Below, piece after piece: positions 1 through 15,000 of a DNA stretch of 64,000 bases. The stretch spans positions 175,696,312 through 175,760,311 of the forward strand of contig CM097886.1 in the NCBI GenBank assembly GCA_044892525.1. Reading direction: 5' to 3'. Made by a program: the position numbers and the translations under genes. The first letter of the stretch is position 1. Every line of letters begins with the position of its first letter. The notes under the pieces were generated by a model. The model had not been told where the DNA came from. It saw nothing but the letters and a program-made list of their open reading frames with translations, and did not search any database. This stretch comes from Schmidtea polychroa (taxonomy: Eukaryota).

Positions 1-3000
1 TGGATCTCGTATCGTTCCTCTCAATGTGTCTACAAGACCTTTTTCGATTTCTTCATCCAAAGTCAAATGTTTTGCGTCAGTTGAATATTCCATACTGATC
101 TTTTCTGATTCCGTTTGCTTTTCTTTATCTATTAGTTTTTTTTTGCTTCTTAGCAAAGCACTAATATTCTTACCGCTATCAAGCATTTCAGAAAGAGATA
201 CACTTTGTCCTTTCTCTGCATCATATATTGCGCTATTTTCTGCGTCAATTATTCCTCTTGCAATTGCTTCTTGTAATGACATTTCTTTTCCAGAAATTGG
301 ATCTCGTATCGTTCCTCTCAATGTGTCTACAAGACTTTTTTCGATTGCTTCATCCAAAGTCAAATGTTTTGCGTCAGTTGAATATTCCATACTGATCTTT
401 TCTGATTCCGTTTGCTTTTCTTTATCTATTCGTTCTTTTTCGCTTCTTAGCAAAGCACTAATAGTCTTACCGCTCTCAAGCATTTCAGAAAGAGATACAC
501 TTTGTCCTTTCTCTGCATCATATATTGCGCTATTTTCTGCGTCAATTATTCCTCTTGCAATTGCTTCTTGTAATGACATTTCTTTTCCAGAAATTGGATC
601 TCGTATCGTTCCTCTCAATGTGTCTGCAAGACCGTTTTCGATTGCTTTATCCAAAGTCAAATGTTTTGCGTCAGTTGAATATTCCATACTGATCTTTTCT
701 GATTCCGTTTGCTTTTCTTTATCTATTAGTTCTTTTTCGCTTCTTAGCAAAGCACTAATATTCTTACCGCTATCAAGCATTTCAGAAAGAGATACACTTT
801 GTCCTTTCTCTGCATCATATATTGCGCTATTTTCTGCGTCAATTATTCCTCTTGCAATTGCTTCTTGTAATGACATTTCTTTTCCAGAAATTGGATCTCG
901 TATCGTTCCTCTCAATGTGTCTACAAGACTTTTTTCGATTGCTTCATCCAAAGTCAAATGTTTTGCGTCAGTTGAATATTCCATACTGATCTTTTCTGAT
1001 TCCGTTTGCTTTTCTTTATCTATTCGTTCTTTTTCGCTTCTTAGCAAAGCACTAATATTCTTACCGCTCTCAAGCATTTCAGAAAGAGATACACTTTGTC
1101 CTTTCTCTGCATCATATATTGCGCTATTTTCTGCGTCAATTATTCCTCTTGCAATTGCTTCTTGTAATGACATTTCTTTTCCAGAAATTGGATCTCGTAT
1201 CGTTCCTCGCAATGTGTCTACAAGACTTTTTTCGATTGCTTCATCCAAAGTCAAATGTTTTGCGTCAGTTGAATATTCTATACTGATCATTTCTGATTCC
1301 GTTTGCTTTTCTTTATCTATTCGTTCTTTTTCGCTTCTTAACAAAGCACTAATATTCTTACCACTCTCAAGCATTTCAGAAAGAGATACACTTTGTCCTT
1401 TCTCTGCATCATATATTGCGCTATTTTCGGCGTCAATTATTCCTCTTGCAATTGCTTCTTGTAATGACATTTCTTTTCCAGAAATTGGATCTCGTATCGT
1501 TCCTCTCAATGTGTCTACAAGACCTTTTTCGATTGCTTCATCCAAAGTCAAATGTTTTGCGTCAGTTGAATATTCCATACTGATCTTTTCTGATTCCGTT
1601 TGCTTTTCTTTATCTATTCGTTCTTTTTCGCTTCTTAGCAAAGCACTAATATTCTTACCGCTATCAAGCATTTCAGAAAGAGATACACTTTGTCCTTTCT
1701 CTGCATCATATATTGCGCTATTTTCTGCGTCAATTATTCCTCTTGCAATTGCTTCTTGTAATGATATTTCTTTTCCAGAAATTAGATCTCGTATTGTTCC
1801 TCTCAATGTATTTACAATACCTTTTTCGATTGCTTCATCCAAAGTCAAATGTTTTGCGTCAGTTGAATATTCTATACTGATCTTTTCTGATTCCGTTTGC
1901 TTTTCTTTATCTATTCGTTCTTTTTCGCTTCTTAACAAAGCACTAATATTCTTACCGCTCTCAAGCATTTCAGAAAGAGATACACTTTGTCCTTTCTCTG
2001 CATCATATATTGCGCTATTTTCTGCGTCAATTATTCCTCTTGCAATTGCTTCTTGTAATGACATTTCTTTTCCAGAAATTGGATCTCGTATCGTTCCTCT
2101 CAATGTGTCTACAAGACCTTTTTCGATTGCTTCATCCAAAGTCAAATGTTTTGCGTCAGTTGAATATTCCATACTGATCTTTTCTGATTCCGTTTGCTTT
2201 TCTTTATCTATTCGTTCTTTTTCGCTTCTTAGCAAAGCACTAATATTCTTACCGCTCTCAAGCATTTCAGAAAGAGATACACTTTGTCCTTTCTCTGCAT
2301 CATATATTGCGCTATTTTCTGCGTCAATTATTCCTCTTGCAATTGCTTCTTGTAATGACATTTCTTTTCCAGAAATTGGATCTCGTATCGTTCCTCTCAA
2401 TGTGTCTACAAGACCTTTTTCGACTGCTTCATCCAAAGTCAAATGTTTTGCGTCAGTTGAATATTCTATACTGATCTTTTCTGATTCCGTTTGCTTTTCT
2501 TTATCTATTCGTTCTTTTTCGCTTCTTAGCAAAGCACTAATATTCTTACCGCTCTCAAGCATTTCACAAAGAGATACACTTTGTCCTTTCTCTGCATCAT
2601 ATATTGCGCTATTTTCTGCGTCAATTATTCTTCTTGCAATTGCTTCTTGTAATGACATTTCTTTTCCAGAAATTGGATCTCGTACCGTTCCTCTCAATGT
2701 GTCTACAAGACCTTTTTCGATTGCTTCATCCAAAGTCAAATGTTTTGCGTCAGTTGAATATTCCATACTGATCTTTTCTGATTCCGTTTGCTTTTCTTTA
2801 TCTATTCGTTCTTTTTCGCTTCTTAGCAAAGCACTAATATTCTTACCGCTCTCAAGCATTTCAGAAAGAGATACACTTTGTCCTTTCTCTGCATCATATA
2901 TTGCGCTATTTTCTACGTCAATTATTCCTCTTGCAATTGCTTCTTGTAATGACATTTCTTTTCCCGAAATTGGATCTCGTATCGTTCCTCTCAATGTGTC

Positions 3001-6000
3001 TACAAGACCTTTTTCGATTGTTTCATCCAAAGTCAAATGTTTTGCGTCAGTTGAATATTCCATACTGATCTTTTCTGATTCCGTTTGCTTTTCTTTATCT
3101 ATTCGTTCTTTTTCGCTTCTTAGCAAAGCACTAATATTCTTACCGCTCTCAAGCATTTCAGAAAGAGATACACTTTGTCCTTTCTCTGCATCATATATTG
3201 CGCTATTTTCTGCGTCAATTATTCCTCTTGCAATTGCTTCTTGTAATGACATTTCTTTTCCAGAAATTGGATCTCGTATCGTTCCTCTCAATGTATTTAC
3301 AAGACCTTTTTCGATTGCTTCATCCAAAGTCAAATGTTTTGCGTCAGTTGAATATTCCATACTGGTCTTTTCTGATTCCGTTTGCTTTTCTTTATCTATT
3401 CGTTCTTTTTCGCTTCTTAGCAAAGCACTAATATTCTTACCGCTCTCAAGCATTTCAGAAAGAGATACACTTTGTCCTTTCTCTGCATCATATATTGCGC
3501 TATTTTCTGCGTCAATTATTCCTCTTGCAATTGCTTCTTGTAATGACATTTCTTTTCCAGAAATTGGATCTCGTATCGTTCCTCGCAATGTGTCTACAAG
3601 ACCTTTTTCGATTGCTTCATCCAAAGTCAAATGTTTTGCGTCAGTTGAATATTCCATACTGATCTTTTCTGATTCCGTTTGCTTTTCTTTATCTATTCGT
3701 TCTTTTTCGCTTCTTAGCAAAGCACTAATATTCTTACCGCTCTCAAGCATTTCAGAAAGAGATACACTTTGTCCTTTCTCTGCATCATATATTGCGCTAT
3801 TTTCTGCGTCAATTATTCTTCTTGCAATTGCTTCTTGTAATGACATTTCTTTTCCAGAAATTGGATCTCGTATCGTTCCTCTCAATGTGTCTACAAGACC
3901 TTTTTCGATTGTTTCATCCAAAGTCAAATGTTTTGCGTCAGTTGAATATTCCATACTGATCTTTTCTGATTCCGTTTGCTTTTCTTTATCTATTCGTTCT
4001 TTTTCGCTTCTTAGCAAAGCACTAATATTCTTACCGCTCTCAAGCATTTCAGAAAGAGATACACTTTGTCCTTTCTCTGCATCATATATTGCGCTATTTT
4101 CTGCGTCAATTATTCCTCTTGCAATTGCTTCTTGTAATGACATTTCTTTTCCAGAAATTGGATCTCGTATCGTTCCTCTCAATGTGTCTACAAGACCTTT
4201 TTCGATTGCTTCATCCAAAGTCAAATGTTTTGCGTCAGTTGAATATTCCATACTGATCTTTTCTGATTCCGTTTGCTTTTCTTTATCTATTCGTTCTTTT
4301 TCGCTTCTTAGCAAAGCACTAATATTCTTACCGCTCTCAAGCATTTCAGAAAGAGATACACTTTGTCCTTTCTCTGCATCATATATTGCGCTATTTTCTG
4401 CGTCAATTATTCCTCTTGCAATTGCTTCTTGTAATGACATTTCTTTTCCAGAAATTGGATCTCGTATCGTTCCTCGCAATGTGTCTACAAGACCTTTTTC
4501 GATTGCTTCATCCAAAGTCAAATGTTTTGCGTCAGTTGAATATTCCATACTGATCTTTTCTGATTCCGTTTGCTTTTCTTTATCTAGTCGATCTTTTTCG
4601 CTTCTTAGCAAAGCACTAATATTCTTACCGCTATCAAGCATTTCAGAAAGAGATACACTTTGTCCTTTCTCTGCATCATATATTGCGCTATTTTCTGCGT
4701 CAATTATTCCTCTTGCAATTGCTTCTTGTAATGACATTTCTTTTCCAGAAATTGGATCTCGTATCGTTCCTCGCAATGTGTCTACAAGACCTTTTTCGAT
4801 TGCTTCATCCAAAGTCAAATGTTTTGCGTCAGTTGAATATTCCATACTGATCTTTTCTGATTCCGTTTGCTTTTCTTTATCTATTCGTTCTTTTTCGCTT
4901 CTTAGCAAAGCACTAATATTCTTACCGCTCTCAAGCATTTCAGAAAGAGATACACTTTGTCCTTTCTCTGCATCATATATTGCCCTATTTTCTGCGTCAA
5001 TTATTCCTCTTGCAATTGCTTCTTGTAATGACATTTCTTTTCCAGAATTTTGATCTCGTACCGTTCCTCTCAATATGTCTACAAGACCTTTTTCGATTGC
5101 TTCATCCAAAGTCAAATGTTTTGCGTCAGTTGAATATTCCATACTGATCTTTTCTGATTCCGTTTGCTTTTCTTTATCTATTCGTTGTTTTTCGCTTCTT
5201 AGCAAAGCACTAATATTCTTACCGCTCTCAAGCATTTCAGAAAGAGATACACTTTGTCCTTTCTCTGCATCATATATTGCGCTATTTTCTGCGTCAATTA
5301 TTCCTCTTGCAATTGCTTCTTGTAAAGACATTTCTTTTCCAGAAATTGGATCTCGTATCGTTCCTCGCAATGTGTCTACAAGACCTTTTTCGATTGCTTC
5401 ATCCAAAGTCAAATGTTTTGCGTCAGTTGAATATTCCATACTGATCTTTTCTGATTCCGTTTGCTTTTCTTTATCTATTCGTTCTTTTTCGCTTCTTAGC
5501 AAAGCACTAATATTCTTACCGCTCTCAAGCATTTCAGAAAGAGATACACTTTGTCCTTTCTCTGCATCATATATTGCGCTATTTTCTGCGTCAATTATTC
5601 CTCTTGCAATTGCTTCTTGTAATGACATTTCTTTTCCAGAAATTGGATCTCGTACCGTTCCTCTCAATGTGTCTACAAGACCTTTTTCGATTGCTTCATC
5701 CAAAGTCAAATGTTTTGCGTCAGTTGAATATTCCATACTGATCTTTTCTGATTCCGTTTGCTTTTCTTTATCTATTCGTTCTTTTTCGCTTCTTAGCAAA
5801 GCACTAATATTCTTACCGCTCTCAAGCATTTCAGAAAGAGATACACTTTGTCCTTTCTCTGCATCATATATTGCGCTATTTTCTGCGTCAATTATTCCTC
5901 TTGCAATTGCTTCTTGTAATGACATTTCTTTTCCAGAATTTTGATCTCGTACCGTTCCTCTCAATATGTCTACAAGACCTTTTTCGATTGCTTCATCCAA

Positions 6001-9000
6001 AGTCAAATGTTTTGCGTCAGTTGAATATTCCATACTGATCTTTTCTGATTCCGTTTGCTTTTCTTTATCTATTCGTTGTTTTTCGCTTCTTAGCAAAGCA
6101 CTAATATTCTTACCGCTCTCAAGCATTTCAGAAAGAGATACACTTTGTCCTTTCTCTGCATCATATATTGCGCTATTTTCTGCGTCAATTATTCCTCTTG
6201 CAATTGCTTCTTGTAAAGACATTTCTTTTCCAGAAATTGGATCTCGTATCGTTCCTCGCAATGTGTCTACAAGACCTTTTTCGATTGCTTCATCCAAAGT
6301 CAAATGTTTTGCGTCAGTTGAATATTCCATACTGATCTTTTCTGATTCCGTTTGCTTTTCTTTATCTATTCGTTCTTTTTCGCTTCTTAGCAAAGCACTA
6401 ATATTCTTACCGCTCTCAAGCATTTCAGAAAGAGATACACTTTGTCCTTTCTCTGCATCATATATTGCGCTATTTTCTGCGTCAATTATTCCTCTTGCAA
6501 TTGCTTCTTGTAATGACATTTCTTTTCCAGAAATTGGATCTCGTACCGTTCCTCTCAATGTGTCTACAAGACCTTTTTCGATTGCTTCATCCAAAGTCAA
6601 ATGTTTTGCGTCAGTTGAATATTCCATACTGATCTTTTCTGATTCCGTTTGCTTTTCTTTATCTATTCGTTCTTTTTCGCTTCTTAGCAAAGCACTAATA
6701 TTCTTACCGCTCTCAAGCATTTCAGAAAGAGATACACTTTGTCCTTTCTCTGCATCATATATTGCGCTATTTTCTGCGTCAATTATTCCTCTTGCAATTG
6801 CTTCTTGTAATGACATTTCTTTTCCAGAAATTGGATCTCGTACCGTTCCTCTCAATGTGTCTACAAGACCTTTTTCGATTGCTTCATCCAAAGTCAAATG
6901 TTTTGCGTCAGTTGAATATTCCATACTGATCTTTTCTGATTCCGTTTGCTTTTCTTTATCTATTCGTTCTTTTTCGCTTCTTAGCAAAGCACTAATATTC
7001 TTACCGCTCTCAAGCATTTCAGAAAGAGATACACTTTGTCCTTTCTCTGCATCATATATTGCGCTATTTTCTGCGTCAATTATTCCTCTTGCAATTGCTT
7101 CTTGTAATGACATTTCTTTTCCAGAAATTGGATCTCGTATCGTTCCTCTCAATGTGTCTACAAGACCTTTTTCGATTGCTTCATCCAAAGTCAAATGTTT
7201 TGCGTCAGTTGAATATTCCATACTGATCTTTTCTGATTCCGTTTCCTTTTCTTTATCTATTCGTTCTTTTTCGCTTCTTAGCAAAGCACTAATATTCTTC
7301 CCGCTCTCAAGCATTTCAGAAAGAGATACACTTTGTCCTTTCTCTGCATCATATATTGCGCTATTTTCTGCGTCAATTATTCCTCTTGCAATTGCTTCTT
7401 GTAATGACATTTCTTTTCCAGAAATTGGATCTCGTATCGTTCCTCTCAATGTGTCTACAAGACCTTTTTCGATTGCTTCATCCAAAGTCAAATGTTTTGC
7501 GTCAGTTGAATATTCCATACTGATCTTTTCTGATTCCGTTTGCTTTTCTTTATCTATTCGTTCTTTTTCGCTTCTTAGCAAAGCACTAATATTCTTCCCG
7601 CTCTCAAGCATTTCAGAAAGAGATACACTTTGTCCTTTCTCTGCATCATATATTGCGCTATTTTCTGCGTCAATTATTCCTCTTGCAATTGCTTCTTGTA
7701 ATGACATTTCTTTTCCAGAAATTGGATCTCGTATCGTTCCTCTCAATGTGTCTACAAGACCTTTTTCGATTGCTTTATCCAAAGTCAAATGTTTTGCGTC
7801 AGTTGAATATTCCATACTGATCTTTTCTGATTCCGTTTGCTTTTCTTTATCTATTCGTTCTTTTTCGCTTCTTAGCAAAGCACTAATATTCTTACCGCTC
7901 TCAAGCATTTCAGAAAGAGATACACTTTGTCCTTTCTCTGCATCATATATTGCGCTATTTTCTGCGTCAATTATTCCTCTTGCAATTGCTTCTTGTAAAG
8001 ACATTTCTTTTCCAGAAATTGGATCTCGTATCGTTCCTCGCAATGTATTTACAAGACCTTTTTCGATTGCTTCATCCAAAGTCAAATGTTTTGCGTCAGT
8101 TGAATATTCCATACTGATCTTTTCTGATTCCGTTTGCTTTTCTTTATCTATTCGTTCTTTTTCGCTTCTTAGCAAAGCACTAATATTCTTACCGCTCTCA
8201 AGCATTTCAGAAAGAGATACACTTTGTCCTTTCTCTGCATCATATATTGCGCTATTTTCTGCGTCAATTATTCCTCTTGCAATTGCTTCTTGTAATGACA
8301 TTTCTTTTCCAGAAATTGGATCTCGTATCGTTCCTCTCAATGTGTCTACAAGACCTTTTTCGATTGCTTTATCCAAAGTCAAATGTTTTGCGTCAGTTGA
8401 ATATTCCATACTGATCTTTTCTGATTCCGTTTGCTTTTCTTTATCTATTCGTTCTTTTTCGCTTCTTAGCAAAGAACTAATATTCTTACCGCTCTCAAGC
8501 ATTTCAGAAAGAGATACACTTTGTCCTTTCTCTGCATCATATATTGCGCTATTTTCTGCGTCAATTATTCCTCTTGCAATTGCTTCTTGTAATGACATTT
8601 CTTTTCCAGAAATTGGATCTCGTACCATTCCTCTCAATGTGTCTACAAGACCTTTTTCGATTGCTTCATCCAAAGTCAAATGTTTTGCGTCAGTTGAATA
8701 TTCCATACTGATCTTTTCTGATTCCGTTTGCTTTTCTTTATCTATTCGTTCTTTTTCGCTTCTTAGCAAAGCACTAATATTCTTACCGCTCTCAAGCATT
8801 TCAGAAAGAGATACACTTTGTCCTTTCTCTGCATCATATATTGCGCTATTTTCTGCGTCAATTATTCCTCTTGCAATTGATTCTTGTAAAGACATTTGTT
8901 TTCCAGAAATTGGATCTCGTATCGTTCCTCTCAATGTATTTACAAGACCTTTTTCGATTGCTTCATCCAAAGTCAAATGTTTTGCGTCAGTTGAATATTC

Positions 9001-12000
9001 CATACTGATCTTTTCTGATTCCGTTTGCTTTTCTTTATCTATTCGTTCTTTTTCGCTTCTTAGCAAAGCACTAATATTCTTACCGCTCTCAAGCATTTCA
9101 GAAAGAGATACACTTTGTCCTTTCTCTGCATCATATATTGCGCTATTTTCTGCGTCAATTATTCCTCTTGCAATTGCTTCTTGTAATGACATTTCTTTTC
9201 CAGAAATTGGATCTCGTACCGTTCCTCTCAATGTGTCTACAAGACCTTTTTCGATTGCTTCATCCAAAGTCAAATGTTTTGCGTCAGTTGAATATTCCAT
9301 ACTGATCTTTTCTGATTCCGTTTGCTTTTCTTTATCTATTCGTTCTTTTTCGCTTCTTAGCAAAGCACTAATATTCTTACCGCTCTCAAGCATTTCAGAA
9401 AGAGATACACTTTGTCCTTTCTCTGCATCATATATTGCGCTATTTTCTGCGTCAATTATTCCTCTTGCAATTGCTTCTTGTAATGACATTTCTTTTCCAG
9501 AAATTGGATCTCGTACCGTTCCTCTCAATGTGTCTACAAGACCTTTTTCGATTGCTTCATCCAAAGTCAAATGTTTTGCGTCAGTTGAATATTCCATACT
9601 GATCTTTTCTGATTCCGTTTGCTTTTCTTTATCTATTCGTTCTTTTTCGCTTCTTAGCAAAGCACTAATATTCTTACCGCTCTCAAGCATTTCAGAAAGA
9701 GATACACTTTGTCCTTTCTCTGCATCATATATTGCGCTATTTTCTGCGTCAATTATTCCTCTTGCAATTGCTTCTTGTAATGACATTTCTTTTCCAGAAA
9801 TTGGATCTCGTATCGTTCCTCTCAGTGTGTCTACAAGACCTTTTTCGATTGCTTCATCCAAAGTCAAATGTTTTGCGTCAGTTGAATATTCCATACTGAT
9901 CTTTTCTGATTCCGTTTGCTTTTCTTTATCTATTCGTTCTTTTTCGCTTCTTAGCAAAGCACTAATATTCTTACCGCTCTCAAGCATTTCAGAAAGAGAT
10001 ACACTTTGTCCTTTCTCTGCATCATATATTGCGCTATTTTCTGCGTCAATTATTCCTCTTGCAATTGCTTCTTGTAAAGACATTTCTTTTCCAGAAATTG
10101 GATCTCGTATCGTTCCTCGCAATGTATTTACAAGACCTTTTTCGATTGCTTCATCCAAAGTCAAATGTTTTGCGTCAGTTGAATATTCCATACTGATCTT
10201 TTCTGATTCCGTTTGCTTTTCTTTATCTATTCGTTCTTTTTCGCTTCTTAGCAAAGCACTAATATTCTTACCGCTCTCAAGCATTTCAGAAAGAGATACA
10301 CTTTGTCCTTTCTCTGCATCATATATTGCGCTATTTTCTGCGTCAATTATTCCTCTTGCAATTGCTTCTTGTAATGACATTTCTTTTCCAGAAATTGGAT
10401 CTCGTACCGTTCCTCTCAATGTGTCTACAAGACCTTTTTCGATTGCTTCATCCAAAGTCAAATGTTTTGCGTCAGTTGAATATTCCATACTGATCTTTTC
10501 TGATTCCGTTTGCTTTTCTTTATCTATTCGTTCTTTTTCGCTTCTTAGCAAAGCACTAATATTCTTACCGCTCTCAAGCATTTCAGAAAGAGATACACTT
10601 TGTCCTTTCTCTGCATCATATATTGCGCTATTTTCTGCGTCAATTATTCCTCTTGCAATTGCTTCTTGTAATGACATTTCTTTTCCAGAAATTGGATCTC
10701 GTATCGTTCCTCTCAATGTGTCTACAAGACCTTTTTCGATTGCTTCATCCAAAGTCAAATGTTTTGCGTCAGTTGAATATTCCATACTGATCTTTTCTGA
10801 TTCCGTTTGCTTTTCTTTATCTATTCGTTCTTTTTCGCTTCTTAGCAAAGCACTAATATTCTTACCGCTCTCAAGCATTTCAGAAAGAGATACACTTTGT
10901 CCTTTCTCTGCATCATATATTGCGCTATTTTCTGCGTCAATTATTCCTCTTGCAATTGCTTCTTGTAATGACATTTCTTTTCCAGAAATTGGATCTCGTA
11001 TCGTTCCTCGCAATGTGTCTACAAGACCTTTTTCGATTGCTTCATCCAAAGTCAAATGTTTTGCGTCAGTTGAATATTCCATACTGATCTTTTCTGATTC
11101 CGTTTGCTTTTCTTTATCTATTCGATGTTTTTCGCTTCTTAGCAAAGCACTAATATTCTTACCGCTCTCAAGCATTTCAGAAAGAGATACACTTTGTCCT
11201 TTCTCTGCATCATATATTGCGCTATTTTCTGCGTCAATTATTCCTCTTGCAATTGCTTCTTGTAATGACATTTCTTTTCCAGAAATTGGATCTCGTACCG
11301 TTCCTCTCAATGTGTCTACAAGACCTTTTTCGATTGCTTCATCCAAAGTCAAATGTTTTGCGTCAGTTGAATATTCCATGCTGATCTTTTCTGATTCCGT
11401 TTGCTTTTCTTTATCTATTCGTTCTTTTTCGCTTCTTAGCAAAGCACTAATATTCTTACCGCTCTCAAGCATTTCAGAAAGAGATACACTTTGTCCTTTC
11501 TCTGCATCATATATTGCGCTATTTTCTGCGTCAATTATTCCTCTTGCAATTGCTTCTTGTAATGACATTTCTTTTCCAGAAATTGGATCTCGTATCGTTC
11601 CTCGCAATGTGTCTACAAGACCTTTTTCGATTGCTTCATCCAAAGTCAAATGTTTTGCGTCAGTTGAATATTCCATACTGATCTTTTCTGATTCCGTTTG
11701 CTTTTCTTTATCTATTCGATGTTTTTCGCTTCTTAGCAAAGCACTAATATTCTTACCGCTCTCAAGCATTTCAGAAAGAGATACACTTTGTCCTTTCTCT
11801 GCATCATATATTGCGCTATTTTCTGCGTCAATTATTCCTCTTGCAATTGCTTCTTGTAATGACATTTCTTTTCCAGAAATTGGATCTCGTACCGTTCCTC
11901 TCAATGTGTCTACAAGACCTTTTTCGATTGCTTCATCCAAAGTCAAATGTTTTGCGTCAGTTGAATATTCCATACTGATCTTTTCTGATTCCGTTTGCTT

Positions 12001-15000
12001 TTCTTTATCTATTCGATGTTTTTCGCTTCTTAGCAAAGCACTAATATTCTTACCGCTCTCAAGCATTTCAGAAAGAGATACACTTTGTCCTTTCTCTGCA
12101 TCATATATTGCGCTATTTTCTGCGTCAATTATTCCTCTTGCAATTGCTTCTTGTAATGACATTTCTTTTCCAGAAATTGGATCTCGTACCGTTCCTCTCA
12201 ATGTGTCTACAAGACCTTTTTCGATTGCTTCATCCAAAGTCAAATGTTTTGCGTCAGTTGAATATTCCATGCTGATCTTTTCTGATTCCGTTTGCTTTTC
12301 TTTATCTATTCGTTCTTTTTCGCTTCTTAGCAAAGCACTAATATTCTTACCGCTCTCAAGCATTTCAGAAAGAGATACACTTTGTCCTTTCTCTGCATCA
12401 TATATTGCGCTATTTTCTGCGTCAATTATTCCTCTTGCAATTGCTTCTTGTAATGACATTTCTTTTCCAGAAATTGGATCTCGTATCGTTCCTCGCAATG
12501 TGTCTACAAGACCTTTTTCGATTGCTTCATCCAAAGTCAAATGTTTTGCGTCAGTTGAATATTCCATACTGATCTTTTCTGATTCCGTTTGCTTTTCTTT
12601 ATCTATTCGATGTTTTTCGCTTCTTAGCAAAGCACTAATATTCTTACCGCTCTCAAGCATTTCAGAAAGAGATACACTTTGTCCTTTCTCTGCATCATAT
12701 ATTGCGCTATTTTCTGCGTCAATTATTCCTCTTGCAATTGCTTCTTGTAATGACATTTCTTTTCCAGAAATTGGATCTCGTACCGTTCCTCTCAATGTGT
12801 CTACAAGACCTTTTTCGATTGCTTCATCCAAAGTCAAATGTTTTGCGTCAGTTGAATATTCCATACTGATCTTTTCTGATTCCGTTTGCTTTTCTTTATC
12901 TATTCGTTCTTTTTCGCTTCTTAGCAAAGAACTAATATTCTTACCGCTATCAAGCATTTCAGAAAGAGATACACTTTGTCCTTTCTCTGCATCATATATT
13001 GCGCTATTTTCTGCGTCAATTATTCCTCTTGCAATTGCTTCTTGTAATGACATTTCTTTTCCAGAAATTGGATCTCGTACCGTTCCTCTCAATGTGTCTA
13101 CAAGACCTTTTTCGATTGCTTCATCCAAAGTCAAATGTTTTGCGTCAGTTGAATATTCCATACTGATCTTTTCTGATTCCGTTTGCTTTTCTTTATCTAT
13201 TCGTTCTTTTTCGCTTCTTAGCAAAGCACTAATATTCTTACCGCTCTCAAGCATTTCAGAAAGAGATACACTTTGTCCTTTCTCTGCATCATATATTGCG
13301 CTATTTTCTGCGTCAATTATTCCTCTTGCAATTGCTTCTTGTAATAACATTTCTTTTCCAGAAATTGGATCTCGTATCGTTCCTCTCAATGTGTCTACAA
13401 GACCTTTTTCGATTGCTTCATCCAAAGTCAAATGTTTTGCGTCAGTTGAATATTCCATACTGATCTTTTCTGATTCCGTTTGCTTTTCTTTATCTATTCG
13501 TTCTTTTTCGCTTCTTAGCAAAGAACTAATATTCATACCGCTATCAAGCATTTCAGAAAGAGATACACTTTGTCCTTTCTCTGCATCATATATTGCGCTA
13601 TTTTCTGCGTCAATTATTCCTCTTGCAATTGCTTCTTGTAATGACATTTCTTTTCCAGAAATTGGATCTCGTACCGTTCCTCTCAATGTGTCTACAAGAC
13701 CTTTTTCGATTGCTTCATCCAAAGTCAAATGTTTTGCGTCAGTTGAATATTCCATACTGATCTTTTCTGATTCCGTTTGCTTTTCTTTATCTATTCGTTC
13801 TTTTTCGCTTCTTAGCAAAGAACTAATATTCTTACCGCTATCAAGCATTTCAGAAAGAGATAAACTTTGTCCTTTCTCTGCATCATATATTGCGCTATTT
13901 TCTGCGTCAATTATTCCTCTTGCAATTGCTTCTTGTAATGACATTTCTTTTCCAGAAATTGGATCTCGTATCGTTCCTCGCAATGTGTCTACAAGACCTT
14001 TTTCGATTGCTTCATCCAAAGTCAAATGTTTTGCGTCAGTTGAATATTCCATACTGATCTTTTCTGATTCCGTTTGCTTTTCTTTATCTATTCGTTCTTT
14101 TTCGCTTCTTAGCAAAGCACTAATATTCTTACCGCTCTCAAGCATTTCAGAAAGAGATACACTTTGTCCTTTCTCTGCATCATATATTGCGCTATTTTCT
14201 GCGTCAATTATTCCTCTTGCAATTGCTTCTTGTAATGACATTTCTTTTCCAGAAATTGGATCTCGTATCGTTCCTCTCAATGTGTCTACAAGACCTTTTT
14301 CGATTGCTTCATCCAAAGTCAAATGTTTTGCGTCAGTTGAATATTCCATACTGATCTTTTCTGATTCCGTTTGCTTTTCTTTATCTATTCGTTCTTTTTC
14401 GCTTCTTAGCAAAGCACTAATATTCTTACCGCTCTCAAGCATTTTAGAAAGAGATACACTTTGTCCTTTCTCTGCATCATATATTGCGCTATTTTCTGCG
14501 TCAATTATTCCTCTTGCAATTGCTTCTTGTAATGACATTTCTTTTCCAGAAATTGGATCTCGTACCGTTCCTCTCAATGTGTCTACAAGACCTTTTTCGA
14601 TTGTTTCATCCAAAGTCAAATGTTTTGCGTCAGTTGAATATTCCATACTGATCTTTTCTGATTCCGTTTGCTTTTCTTTATCTATTCGTTCTTTTTCGCT
14701 TCTTAGCAAAGAACTAATATTCTTTCCGCTATCAAGCATTTCAGAAAGAGATACACTTTGTCCTTTCTCTGCATCATATATTGCGCTATTTTCTGCGTCA
14801 ATTATTCCTCTTGCAATTGCTTCTTGTAATGACATTTCTTTTCCAGAAATTGGATCTCGTACCGTTCCTCTCAATGTGTCTACAAGACCTTTTTCGATTG
14901 CTTCATCCAAAGTCAAATGTTTTGCGTCAGTTGAATATTCCATACTGATCTTTTCTGATTCCGTTTGCTTTTCTTTATCTATTCGTTCTTTTTCGCTTCT